From Botryllus schlosseri (lineage: Eukaryota): a DNA stretch of 64,000 nucleotides. The stretch covers positions 11,842,001 to 11,906,000 of the forward strand of contig CM119383.1 of the NCBI GenBank assembly GCA_051294905.1, given 5' to 3'. The first letter of the stretch is position 1. The number at the start of each line of letters is the position of its first letter. The translations under genes and the position numbers were made by a program. Positions 35,340-47,400 of the stretch are shown piece by piece. Below the pieces are notes generated by a model, which worked only from the letters and a program-made list of their open reading frames with translations, did no database searches and was not told where the DNA came from.

Positions 35340-35485
35340 CATCGTCGGCAATGTCGGCATTGGCGACATTGGTGACATAGCCGACATTGGTGACATTGGT
35401 GACATTGGTGACATTGGCGACATTGGTGACATTGGCGACATTGACAAAATAGATAGACGTCGACATTGGCGACATTGGTGACATA
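35340..35485. repeat. 9-bp tandem repeat (GACATTGGC/GACATTGGT)
   Basis: About 12 copies directly visible, with a short interruption. They produce the MSPMSPMSP and CRQCHQ pseudo-ORFs. Confidence 0.9.
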
Positions 35486-36776
35486 TGTACAAATCAAAGA
35501 CACCCAAGGAAGGACATCTTTATTGTCACACCCCGTTAGAGTGGTAAACCCTTTAAAAAAGTATGGAACACCTTCGGTTGCGAGATACACCCATTGATCA
35601 GACTTGGACAACTAGAAAATTTTCAGCATTTCCTAATTGGATTAGAATTAGATTATTGGCATTTCGATCCAATTTATTGAAATTAGACAACTAGAATTAC
35701 AACTAGAATTATCTAGTTGTCCACGCATATACTTGGACAACTAGAAAATTATCGGCTTTTCCTAATTAGATTAGAATTAGATTACTGGCATTTCGCTCTA
35801 ATTTAGTAATTTATAGTAATCTAGACTGCCATTGATAAGCACTGATGGCAGCTAGTCTAGACTATCTCCATCTCCTACTTCAACCACCTTCGTTTTATGG
35901 CGTAACATAGACTAATTATCGTTAATGCGAGTGTTACATTGGTTTCATAATACGGGCATACGATACAATACGATGTAGGCTACTATTATATCGTAGCAAT
36001 GCCGCATTTTTTCATGCAGTGCTGCACTGCAGATTCAAACTCATTATGAAACGGCGGGACGTATTCTTGTGATAACTAATTATTATGTCGCGGGCCGGAC
36101 GATTTCGCTTGGCGGGCCGGATCCGGCCCGCGGTCCGTAGGTTGCCGACCCTTGTTCCGGGAGATTGAAATGTCGTGTGGCGAATGGCGACAAACTTTAT
36201 TCAGATCAATTATTAATGTAATTATGGTTACTAAGTTATCTTGAATCAAGTGAATCGTTGGTTGTGAAAGAAAATTTTCGAAATCCTCCATTGCATAGTA
36301 TTTTTTCTGAACTTCCAGTTGGAATCGGATTAGGATTGGACATGGACTTGAATGTGAAAAAGTTATGGATTAGGATTTGGATGATTTGGATTTGAAGGTT
36401 CGGATTTGGATTGGATTAGGACATAGAAATTTCAAATCCGCTCATCTCTGGATAGCTGCGATAGCTGTGATAGCTGAGTATATCCAGAAGTGATAGCTCC
36501 AATAGCTGCGATAGCTGAGTATATCCACGGGGCCCCCTCGCAGAGCCTCCATCCGAATTTGCTACTTAGCAGAACATCTGGCCAATATGTTCGTCGGCAC
36601 GGTTGAGTAGGCCTGAATGAAAACACGTGTCCTTGCCACTTACTGAAGTAAACCAGCTGAGCGGTTGCTAAGTACTAAGTAGTATAAATTCGTTTGATTG
36701 CTTAGTAAGATTATTATTTTACAGTACCTTCTTTGGTTAGAGATTTTGCTGGACGTACATTACTGTTAATATCAGC

Positions 36777-37784
36777 ATGATGTCAAGAAAAGCTCCGTTT
36801 TTATCTACCACTTTGATGAAAGCAGTTGTGGTATCGAAATTCGGTGGAACCGAGGTCTTGGAAGTGAAGCGAAATGTTCCAATTCCTCAAGTTCAAAACG
36901 ATGAGGTTCTAGTGAGAGTAGCCGCTGCCGGCGTTAATCCCGTCGATACCTACATACGTTCCGGAAATTACGGTAATCTGCCTATACTTCCATATATACC
37001 CGGAAACGACATGTGCGGTACTGTTGTCCAGTGTGGTAATTCCGTGGAAAATTTCCGAGAGGGCGATCGTGTCTGTTCGTTCAGAACAGTAGGGGGGGCC
37101 TATGCTGAATACACCACTGTAAAAGAACAACACCTGCTAAAACTCGTTGAGACATATGATTTTGTCAAGGGGGCGGCCGTTGGAACGCCATTTCTTACCG
37201 CGTACAGAGCCCTTTTTCATGACACAAGTATTAAGCCAGGTCAAAAAATTCTTGTGCATGGTGCAAGTGGAGGAGTAGGCGTTCCTGCTGTGCAGATGGC
37301 TGCCGCTCATGGCTTGGAAGTATATGGTACTGCTGGGACTGAAGAAGGTATGGAGATGGTTAAAAAGCTGGGCGCAAAGTATGTTTTTAACCACCGAAAG
37401 GAAGGGTATGCAAGTGAAATCAAGCTGGCCGCTAATAATGAAGGAATCGACGTCATCGTAGAAATGCTTTCTAACGTGAATCTGGCAAGAGATTTAGACC
37501 TGGTTGCGAAAAATGGTACTGTGCTTGTTGTAGGCTGCAGAGATATGATTGAAATCAACCCTAGGTTATTAATGACCAAAGAATCCAGAATTCAAGGTGT
37601 TATGGTGAATGCAGCAACTGATAAGGAACTGCACGAATCGGTGTCATTCATTGAAGCCGGACTGCGCAATGGTGTTCTTGATCCTGTGCTTGGCCCAAAA
37701 TATTCATTGAGTGATGTACAACAGGCGCACGAAGATATCATCCACAGCTATGGCTCTAAAGGGAAAATGGTGCTCATCCTTTGA
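36777..37784 (+). CDS. CRYZ: Quinone oxidoreductase / zeta-crystallin (MDR superfamily), single exon, 335 aa
   Basis: Uninterrupted ORF with GVNPVDTYIRSG, LPxLPYIPG, PFLTAYRAL, the Rossmann motif VLVHGASGGVG, VIVEMLSNVNL, and C-terminal GKMVL, all characteristic of CRYZ. Confidence 0.93.
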   Translation: MMSRKAPFLSTTLMKAVVVSKFGGTEVLEVKRNVPIPQVQNDEVLVRVAAAGVNPVDTYIRSGNYGNLPILPYIPGNDMCGTVVQCGNSVENFREGDRVCSFRTVGGAYAEYTTVKEQHLLKLVETYDFVKGAAVGTPFLTAYRALFHDTSIKPGQKILVHGASGGVGVPAVQMAAAHGLEVYGTAGTEEGMEMVKKLGAKYVFNHRKEGYASEIKLAANNEGIDVIVEMLSNVNLARDLDLVAKNGTVLVVGCRDMIEINPRLLMTKESRIQGVMVNAATDKELHESVSFIEAGLRNGVLDPVLGPKYSLSDVQQAHEDIIHSYGSKGKMVLIL

Positions 37785-38463
37785 GGTTCTGCAGTGTGCT
37801 TCAGTTTTAACATCTTAAATCAATGTCATTTTAAAGATGCTTTCAAACATGAATCCAATGGGCGTTTAAGAACTGCAGGATACCATGATTAATTGGAGTC
37901 GGACTGCCGAATTGCACCACCGTTATATGTTGGTTCTATTTATTCATCTCTAAATGAGATCCACAGGCAAATGGAGACATTATCCACTGTTATTGTGTTG
38001 TAGAGATGATTATTCTCTTGATGTTGTTTTCAATTTCAATAAGCAGGTTTTCATTTAGAAGGGAATGTCATTGTGTCCTAAATGCTTTTTAGTGTGAACC
38101 CGGTTAGACATTCGGTCATGGTGATGTGATTGAAATCAACCTCGGATTGTTGCTGACCAAACTATCTGTCGATTGAGGGTTTATGATCCACCTTAATAAA
38201 TATGCTCCCTTTTACATATCACAATGTAGCCTACTCTTCCAATTTGAAGGCCTCCTATTTTTGCGCTGCCTGGCGATACATTGACATTTTGTGCAATATC
38301 CCAACATTTTAGTGTTCTAAATTTGTGTGGAATGTTTGCATAGCCATCATTTGGTACATCATGCTTGCAATTTTTTACTAATCATTTCGTTTTTAGATCA
38401 ATGTCTATTAGGTAGAGTAGAAACTGATGTCTGCCAGTCCCTAATTCTAGTATTCACCTCAAG

Positions 38464-41400
38464 ATGAGCAGACACGAAAGTTCCCGAAGAAATGTGAATA
38501 ACGCAAATACCCATGCAAATGAGATGCGTCAAAACGATGTGGAATCAACGGCTAATGGCGTCGATTCCGACAGAGCCAAGAAGGACCGCGGAGTAGGGTG
38601 GTGGCATGAAGACAGATCTAGTGTGCTGCTGCTGTTATTTCTTTACGTCTTACAAGGATTACCTCTTGGACTTGCAGGAAGCATCCCGATGATTTTAGCG
38701 GTAAGTAAAAGTGTGGTATATTATATACATAGCTGTGATCATACACGAGTCTGGTTACAGACATGGGGTGATTACGTCATGAATGTAATCGATTGCGATT
38801 ACGATTACTTCGGAATCACGCGATTACGATTACGATTACAGCAAAATCAGGAAGTAGTCGATTACGATTACATTGGAAAAGTAATCACGATTACTCACAA
38901 TTACATTTATTTTGCATCTCAGTAGTTATATTGGAAGACAATACATGGATTCCGCTGAAAATGCCTAATGAGATAACATATTTCTTTAAAACAGATGCGA
39001 CATTTGCTTGTTACGTCATAATGTACATATTGCCCATTTTATAAAGGACGATTTATCGCACCCAATGATTTGCATTATTGCCAGGTCCATAACTGCTGCA
39101 CCCCAAATTCCCCAATAGGGTGGGGAGAGTGCTCGGAGGGGACTCAAGTATTTCGTGAACCAACATAAATTATAGAGTATTCTCGACAGATTTCATTAAC
39201 TTGAAAATTCTCTTTGAGCTTTGCCATTTAAATGTCACTAGATAGCTTGATTTCGAAATGCAAACGTCTCCCCTCAAGAATTAAAGGATGCATATCTCAT
39301 AGTAATAGGCATTTTTGTGCCAGTCAATACCGCGCCCCGACACACCAAAAGACATATGCAGTTTCGGCCAACATGCGACGGCACGAAGTGTGCTATCAAA
39401 GAAAGACGTTGGCCGAAATTTGGGGTATGTGTCCATTGCCAATAGCCGCGCTGGGTGGGTGTGACTAACAGTCCGGTCCTTCCAATCTGAGCCCACGATG
39501 CAAATGCCACGCAGGCACCCACAGAGCATTAGACATGACAATTTGTGTGTGCGTCTCACGAAAGTTTTTCTTTTAGTCTGCTAAGTTTGGGGCACTACAA
39601 TATCTTTTGACTATATAACAGACCGCAGGTCACGAATTAACAACATGCACTACAGTAATTATTGCAATATACCAGATGTTATAATTATGGATTACGCGCC
39701 CCCTGCTCTTCAGCTATGTCTGACCATCTGTGTCTGAGATAGGATTAATAATGCAATATAATGCAATTAACAATGTTATTGACGAAATTAAATCTTCAAG
39801 TTAAAAATTGACTACCCTTTGGGAGCCCAAGACCAACGTTTGGAGTGGAGGACGATTTTGCTGTTTTGATCCTGATTCTAGCTACAACCCACGCTAACAT
39901 GGTATATAAGCCGATGGCTATGGCGGCAGGTCCAAATCTTCAGTAAAAAATTGTGAAATAGCAATTGACACCCGTTTTGAGTAGAATAATATGAGAATAA
40001 GAGAAGGTGAAAATAAAATTCTGCCTTCAACTTAATACAGATAATGTAATGCAAGCTGCCATTACGAGAAACGGCAAAAAACGGGGCGGTTATGATATAT
40101 ATCAGCAGCTGTTGATTTTTAAAGCTTCTTGTGGAAACCGTAATATTTTATTTGACGAGTACAAAATTTCAAACCTATGTCTGGTGTACGTTCGTACCAG
40201 CACATAGGCCTACCGCTCGCCAAGCAGCAACGGTCAAATTGCGTTTACCTAAGCATAACCAAACATCAATACAAAAGTTGCTGTTCTAAACTAGGCAGAG
40301 AGGTGATTAATTATCCTGCAGCGAGGTAGTGGTGTCTGAAATGTATTGATGACCCGATATACTGAACGGTGGGTGTTTTACAATCACACTAATGTACATC
40401 GAATATCTATTTATTATAAGTGTGGTATGTGGATACTTCTTACGCAAAGACGAGCAAAGCTAATAGGCTACTTCTGACGTAATAATGAGCAATGGCATTT
40501 GAAAATCAGACGTTTGTGACTCAATACTTGGTATAATATCTCTTGCTTGTTAACGAATGTTCAGTTTATGTCACAGTCGTCGTACAAATAAAAAGTAATC
40601 GTTCTTTCACAAAGAAATCGATTAAATATGCGAAGTAGTCGATTACGATTACGATTACTTCGGAATTTTTTCGAATGTAATCGATTGCGATTACGATTAC
40701 TTGAAAATGCTGTAATTGTCGTAATCGATTACGATTACTAATCGCGATTACCACATGTCTGGATGGTTATGCTGCAAAAAGTGATACCTATTAATATTTA
40801 GTTTTGCATAATCATGTCTCAGGCTGACTTGCCGAGAACCTGCCTTAAATTTGAATGCCAATGGTTGATAGTGTGATATAGAGGGGTAATTTCCAATCTG
40901 TAGCACACTCGGAATACAGGAACTGTGCACTTGAATAGAACTTCCATGCTCCACACGCTGAACACAGTAATCTATGAAGTGTAACGGCCATAACGCATCT
41001 TATTAATTTAATAGACCTAGTGCAAATCTCACCGTGACAGTTGAAACATTGTAATCCACAGCATAAGCACTCTAATATTGATTGGGATGTTTGTTAACAG
41101 GGAAAGAATGTCGACTACGAGAAGCAAGCTTTGTTCAGCTTCGTGTTCTGGCCGTTCAGCATAAAGCTGTTATGGGCGCCAATCGTGGACGGCGCGTTTT
41201 TCAAGCGGTTTGGCAGACGAAAAACCTGGCTCGTTCCAACCCAGTATGCGATCGCTTTGGTTATGTATATTCTGTCCTGGAACATGGATAAGATTTTGGA
41301 TAACGAAGATCCCGATGTTTGGACTCTTACTGTGTCCTTCTTTGTGTTGAACTTCTGCGCCGCGACGCAAGACATTGCCGTAGACGGGTGGGCGTTGACT

Positions 41401-44400
41401 ATGTTATCGAAGAAAAATGTTGGTCTTGCATCTACATGCAATTCAGTCGGGCAGGTGAATTATGTTGATGAGTTGTTTTCAGTAATTTGCTAAATCACTA
41501 TTCTTTTTGGTTTTTTTTTCAAATTTGTGTCGTGCCGTTTCAGGATTTATCTTTTAAACTTTATTTGGAAATTTGAGTTGTGTCGCCACATGTTTCAGTC
41601 TCGACATCATTTTAAGCTAGATTTAGAGTCATTTGGCCTTCAATTAGGAGCAAGCGTGATGTGAAATGTTTTAAGTACTTCACAACATAACTTAGCTTAT
41701 ACAATAAACCGGCAAATCCAGAATTTGGAGTGATATGCCTATTCTATTATCGTTTCTTAACCATAACAGTACCGGTGTTCCACGTGATTCAGTATTCTTA
41801 TTTGTTTAATGACTAGTTTGTTTGATCAGTTGAGGCGCATCAAATAGCAAGATATAGTCTCAAGGTATAAATATACCCAGTTGGGCAAATTTTTCTGGCC
41901 AATTGGAATATACTGCCTCACTGGTTATCACAACATGAAAGAAAGCAACAATATGTGATATGAACCGTGTGATTGAATGAATCCTTGACAGTTTCTGCTG
42001 CACTCAGGTGTTATAAAAAGTCTTGCATTCCAATGTCTTGACTTGACTTCTGATTTAATATCGGCATGCTGCTTTACTTGAACTCACCAGCTCTAGCTAC
42101 ACCGTTTTTATTAGGCTTATTGCTTCTTCAAAACATTGTCACACTACGTCAACAGTTATCCAGTGAAATTTAACAATTCCCCTATTAGGCCTAATAAGAG
42201 AAATTGTGCCGGAGTAGCCTAATTAGTAGGCTCCAACTACAATCAAAACTATTTTTTAGTGAAATCTACACTATGTCACTACAGACCATAGACAAATAGG
42301 TTCATGGTTTGTGATCCAAGTCCGAATTCAGATTTTACTCTGTATCATATCCAAGTCCATATACATCATCCGGAAATGACAAATTATTTCCAAAAGTCGC
42401 ATGAAAATTGTAAATTATTGGATACCCGCTGTCCAAATCCTGCTTCAAAAAATCTGAAATCCTAATGTCAAAGTTCCAAACCCATGCTCTTTCTCATCTC
42501 TGCTACAGACTGCCGGTTATTTTCTCGGATATGTTGTATACATGGCGTTGGACTCTAAAGATTTTTGCAACCGGTTTTTGAGAAGTGTACCTCAAGAAAC
42601 TGGTTTGGTATCTTTATCAGGTGTGTTAGACGGGTTGTTCGGTAACTTTAATATCGATTAAATCATTCAAATTGCGCTTTCAGGGTTTATGTTCTTCTGG
42701 GCGATTGTATTTGTTGTCACAACTACGCTGGTGATGATTTTCAAACAAGAGTCTGATGACGACGGCACAGAGGATCACAGCGGTGTATACGACACTTACA
42801 AATTATTGTTGAAAATCTTGTGGTTGCCGTCGGTCTTTCAGTATGTGATTATACTGTTAACTTGCAAGGTAAGATTTGTCCATATATATAGAGAAGGGTT
42901 ATGTCTGATTCTCGTAATTTGCATTCTTCGCAATTAGAAAAAAATGCCTATGAGGAAATCTTTCTTTTATTCAATGTACTGGTACTCCTTCTCTTTTGTC
43001 AATGACATGAAGCGTTATTTCTTGAATCATGTCATGGAAAGGGGATCGAATGCTATTGGATAGAATTGACCGTCCATTCTTTTTCCCTTGCCGATTTTGA
43101 ACGTGCCGTCGAGAAGTAGTTCGTCAGTGTTGGACTTCACTCCATCGGCAAAGTAATTCAAAACTGCCGCACGTCTCGGATTGTCGGATCTGAAACGATT
43201 TGTCATCGATTACTTGAAACCATTTTATGTATTTCGTGCTAGTCATTTTCTTATATATCGTTACTCTTACTTTTACGGTAATTGAAATTGTGAACAATTA
43301 AATGCCAGATATTGCAGGCAGACATTTCGGACATTCACTTAGTATTATTGTTGCACGGAATGAAGTAGTCTTAGATTACAGTTCTAACTCCCTAATCTGC
43401 TGTTCATAACCTTTCATAACTCGCACCCAAATTCCTATCTCCTGGCCTAGACTGACACTGACTCTCCTTACTGCCACACTCCCTCATTGTATCCTTAACC
43501 AGTTGTTTTCAACAGCCAATCTGGGAACCGGTGCCCGTCTGTAGCAGGTTTAATGACGGATACATTAGAATATTTTATGTCTGAATTCCAAAATGAGAAG
43601 TTGGACACGCGTCCTACCGCGACCACTAATTAGATGAACAAGATATCATGTTCTAAATTTATTTAAAAGAGTCGAACATATTTTTTTATGGTGTCGCAAT
43701 AAAGAGGTCATGGTCTACTTTAGGTGTATGTCTCAACGGTGTAAAGTGTTATACAAAACCGTTTAAAACTAGCCTACAATTCGTCTTGGACATGTTACAT
43801 GTGAAAGCTATGGAGACTTCTAATTAAACTTCGTGTAATTAAGTGACATTTGGCAGTAGGCTATAATATAGGCCATGGCAAATAGCAAACATTTCTTTCA
43901 AAGAATACCGAATCACAATCATAGTTTAGGAGTCGTTAACAGGACTTCCCGAGCTTGCAGAAACTTCAATATAACCACATATAAATATCTATTATCACAA
44001 ATGCATTATTATATGAAATTTCCAGCATTAAAATAGAGTTTCATACATGTTACATAACTAATGTTAGGTGGATTTTGATTTGTGACGGTTCGCCGGTCCG
44101 CAACATTTGTTATGAAGTTTTACCGATCCGTGAGGTCGAAAAGGTTGAGAACCACTGTCCTAAACCTGAACCCCCATATCTCTTAAACTACAGGCACCTC
44201 GCTGATTGTGACCTAACCCTTTCTGAAGGGACAAATGTCGAAATCCACAATTGCAAAGTCCGAAACGGCTTGTCCGAGATGACTGTTGTCCGAAATTCGA
44301 ATTGCCTGTATCGTTCCAGAGTATTCCAGTGCACTGCCAAAACTGAAGATAGGACATAAAGTCGCAAACCTATTTTGATAAGATCCGTGTACTGTCAGCG

Positions 44401-47400
44401 GGTGGTGGATTGCCACTTCTCCCTTCTTTAGTAGACATGGCTTGGGCTTGAAATTGGCTTTTTCTTCGTCAGTCAAGATGGTCTGAATTGAATGGATTAT
44501 CTGTAGTCATTAAAAGTAGGTGCATGAAATTGAGTACGGTATTGCAATATAAAATATGGAATTCACTGTTGGTATTGCAAAAATGATTTTGAGTTTCACA
44601 TCCATTCACTACATCACACTGCAAACAAATCTGCACAGGAACTTCGAAGGTTTTCGTGAATATCTTTGAAATATCATCAATATCTTTTTGAATTCCGTGT
44701 TTTCATAGTCATTTTGGCTTATAATGTTGTACATCGAAATTGTTGTTTCCGTATAGCATCTGCTAAGTAGATCCAGGGTATTGAGGATCAATAGCAATTC
44801 AATAAAAGCTGGTACAATGGTAGAAAAGTTATCACACCTTGATCGACTCCATGTCGCCGAAATTGAAATCTGTCACTGGAAGAGGTTCACCGTCTCGGTT
44901 CCAATTATGAGAACCCGGTATGTAGTGAATGCAGCCGTTTTCCAGTGTCTGGTCTTCCAGTGCTATGTGGACCTGAGCATTGGTGTAGGGATGTAGCAAT
45001 AACCAAAGATTATGGGGCCAAGCTAATTGAGTGATGTCGCTATTATGGCATTTCTAGTACAACAGAGAATATGTCTGACATCTAGAATTTTGAAGGCAGC
45101 ATTGAGAAAACGTGAACCTGAACTTATCTCTGCGCCATAGCAGAAGCAAGAATTTATGTAATCATTTGTGTGATTTTACAATACCGTCAAGTGACGCATT
45201 GGCACCGTTCTTGTCCAATAACTGTAGTCTTGATGCCAGGCGACAACGCCTCCGTGTTTTGCCGGTTTCGCAAACAGTTGATCGTGCCAGAAACGAACCT
45301 TGCACAGTTCCTCTCCAACTCCAGCTAAAAGCTGCGATGCGGCCACCTGTGTTGATTTATAGTCGTAACTCGTAAGATTAAAGATTTAGATAAAGATGTC
45401 TTGAATGCTAGGAGCTGATGGGCGATGACACTTTTCCCATGTCTCAGTAGAGTACCTTATCTTTTAATTCAACTGTCTGTGGTACTTTTTGGGTATAATC
45501 GTTTCAAGCCTGAGATATAACTGTAGATCACGCTGCATTCTGGAATGATTACCGTAACTTTCGGGTGAAAGATGAGATCGTGGAATAAACGAGACACCCG
45601 CCAATGTCCCAGAGCGTGCATCAACACGTTATCCGGATCGTTCGATTGGTTGCGATGATATTCATAAAAAAGCGACATTTCCGGACTGTCACTGCGTAAC
45701 GCCTATAAAAATGAAACTGTTATTGAACTCGATGACAACCTACTTTCTAGGTATTATTTGTTACCAGTATTTTCTCGTATTCTGACAAGATAGCGTCACA
45801 TTGTTTAGCGGTCAGTACCTCTTTGTTTGCAATGTATCCTGATCTATGATAAATATTGCATAGAATAAATAGTTCATATAAAATGTCATGGATTTAGTGT
45901 ATCATCTGAGAGCAGATGGTTGAACCCTTGTTTATCATTAGACAATCCTGGTAATTCCTTGTCGCTTCAAGTAATAATTACTGCAGAACCGGCTGTTTCC
46001 CACTTTGTAAACCACATATCCCTTGTTGCCGTTCACAGCTACACCTTAACGAATGTCACACTTCAACATATGGCATTTTAATTTGCAGTGACTGGTCTGA
46101 ATGGTCAGTTTACTTACGATAGACAAGGCCGCAATGTTGTGTTTCTCTTCATATGTGCAGTGCACGAACCAATTCTCTCATATCACAGGTAGCTCACGGC
46201 AGTCAAATTACCTGTTAAACTCGTTTAATTCTCTGTCAGTGAGCTTGAAGGAATTCCATTCTTCCTTTGAGTTTGGCCCCGACCCCAACGACCCAGTGTC
46301 GCTGTGAACTGTACTCCAGTCCGGTATTCCACAATCCTTGTACTCATAAGGCTGTTTGTTCCCAAGCAATTGCTTTTATCAAAAGAGATTTCAGCAGGAT
46401 TATACTGAATACTGGTCTAGTTTGTCTATTATTGGACTAACTTGTGCACTGTGCTGCTCCATAGCTTTGACTGTTTATTCGGCTTGGCGCTGTTACTTCT
46501 TAACTGCTGCAAGTGCTTCAATATTTGTATTGCGTTGTTTTACCAGCAAACTGGAGTCCTGCAATAGGCTCTTTGCATTGGCTGCTTTCTTTTCTTGTTT
46601 ACGCCACAAAGAACTGTCGTTCAAACCAAACATAATATCTAGTTTGGCATTGCTGTAGGCTGTACTCACATAAACAGTACGTATACCAGAAAATATGAGT
46701 CAAGTGTGACGATCGTTTGAATTGTGAGTTTACCGGTACGGATGATAAGTTAGACATTCTGAAATTCTTAAATACAAATTCACTCTCAAAGAGATGCATG
46801 TTCTTATAGGAATGGTGAATTTGAATTCTTTAAATGCTTTATTTAACTCTATTCGCCATACACACTAGAATGTTATGTCTTGTAATTACAAATCTTTTTT
46901 GATCTCGGATCGGGTGCGAGTCTTATTAAGTGATTGCCGGATGGCGGTAATTTGATACTAACTCTTTGGAAGAGGCCGAAGAGAATATATTGATTACTTT
47001 TCGTTCAATGTAGATTACCGTATTGTTCTATTACCAAAAAACTTGAAATCTTCAACTAATTTCTGTGTTAACTTTGCAGGTAGGATTCGCGTACGAGAAC
47101 GCAGTCGGTTTGAAGTTGATTGCTGCCGGCGTCCCGAAAGAGAGCCTCGCCCTTTTGGCCATTCCAATGACGCCGTTGCAAATTTTACTTCCTTTGTTGA
47201 TCGCTAAATATACTTCCGGACCTCGGCCACTCGATACTTTCTTGAAAGTTATACCTTTAAGGTGCGTGATTATAAAATCACTTTTCTTGTGCGAGTGACG
47301 GACATTGTGGTCCCTTTCGGTCGAGTTTTCAAAATTGACCTGACTTTGATTTTCCAGATTAACATTCACAATCATATATTCTCTCCTTGTGTACTACACG

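Larger units (their letters stand above)
30822..36534. mobile_element. 5.7-kb TIR element with a 9-bp TSD (Merlin- or Mutator/foldback-like); no intact transposase seen
   Basis: Left end GGTCCCGTGGATATATACTCAGCTATCGCAGCTATC. Right end GATAGCTGCGATAGCTGAGTATATCCACGGGGCC. CCCTCGCAG duplicated at 30813-30821 and 36535-36543. Confidence 0.8.

Noticed and set aside
35284-35611. MSPMSP / CRQCHQ / NVANVT repeat ORFs
   Set aside because: They are translation artefacts of a 9-bp tandem repeat.
38701-38925. ORF-track extension of SLC33A1 exon 1 ([16 protein letters not shown])
   Set aside because: This is read-through past the GTAAGT donor at 38701 into the GATTAC repeats of a transposon.
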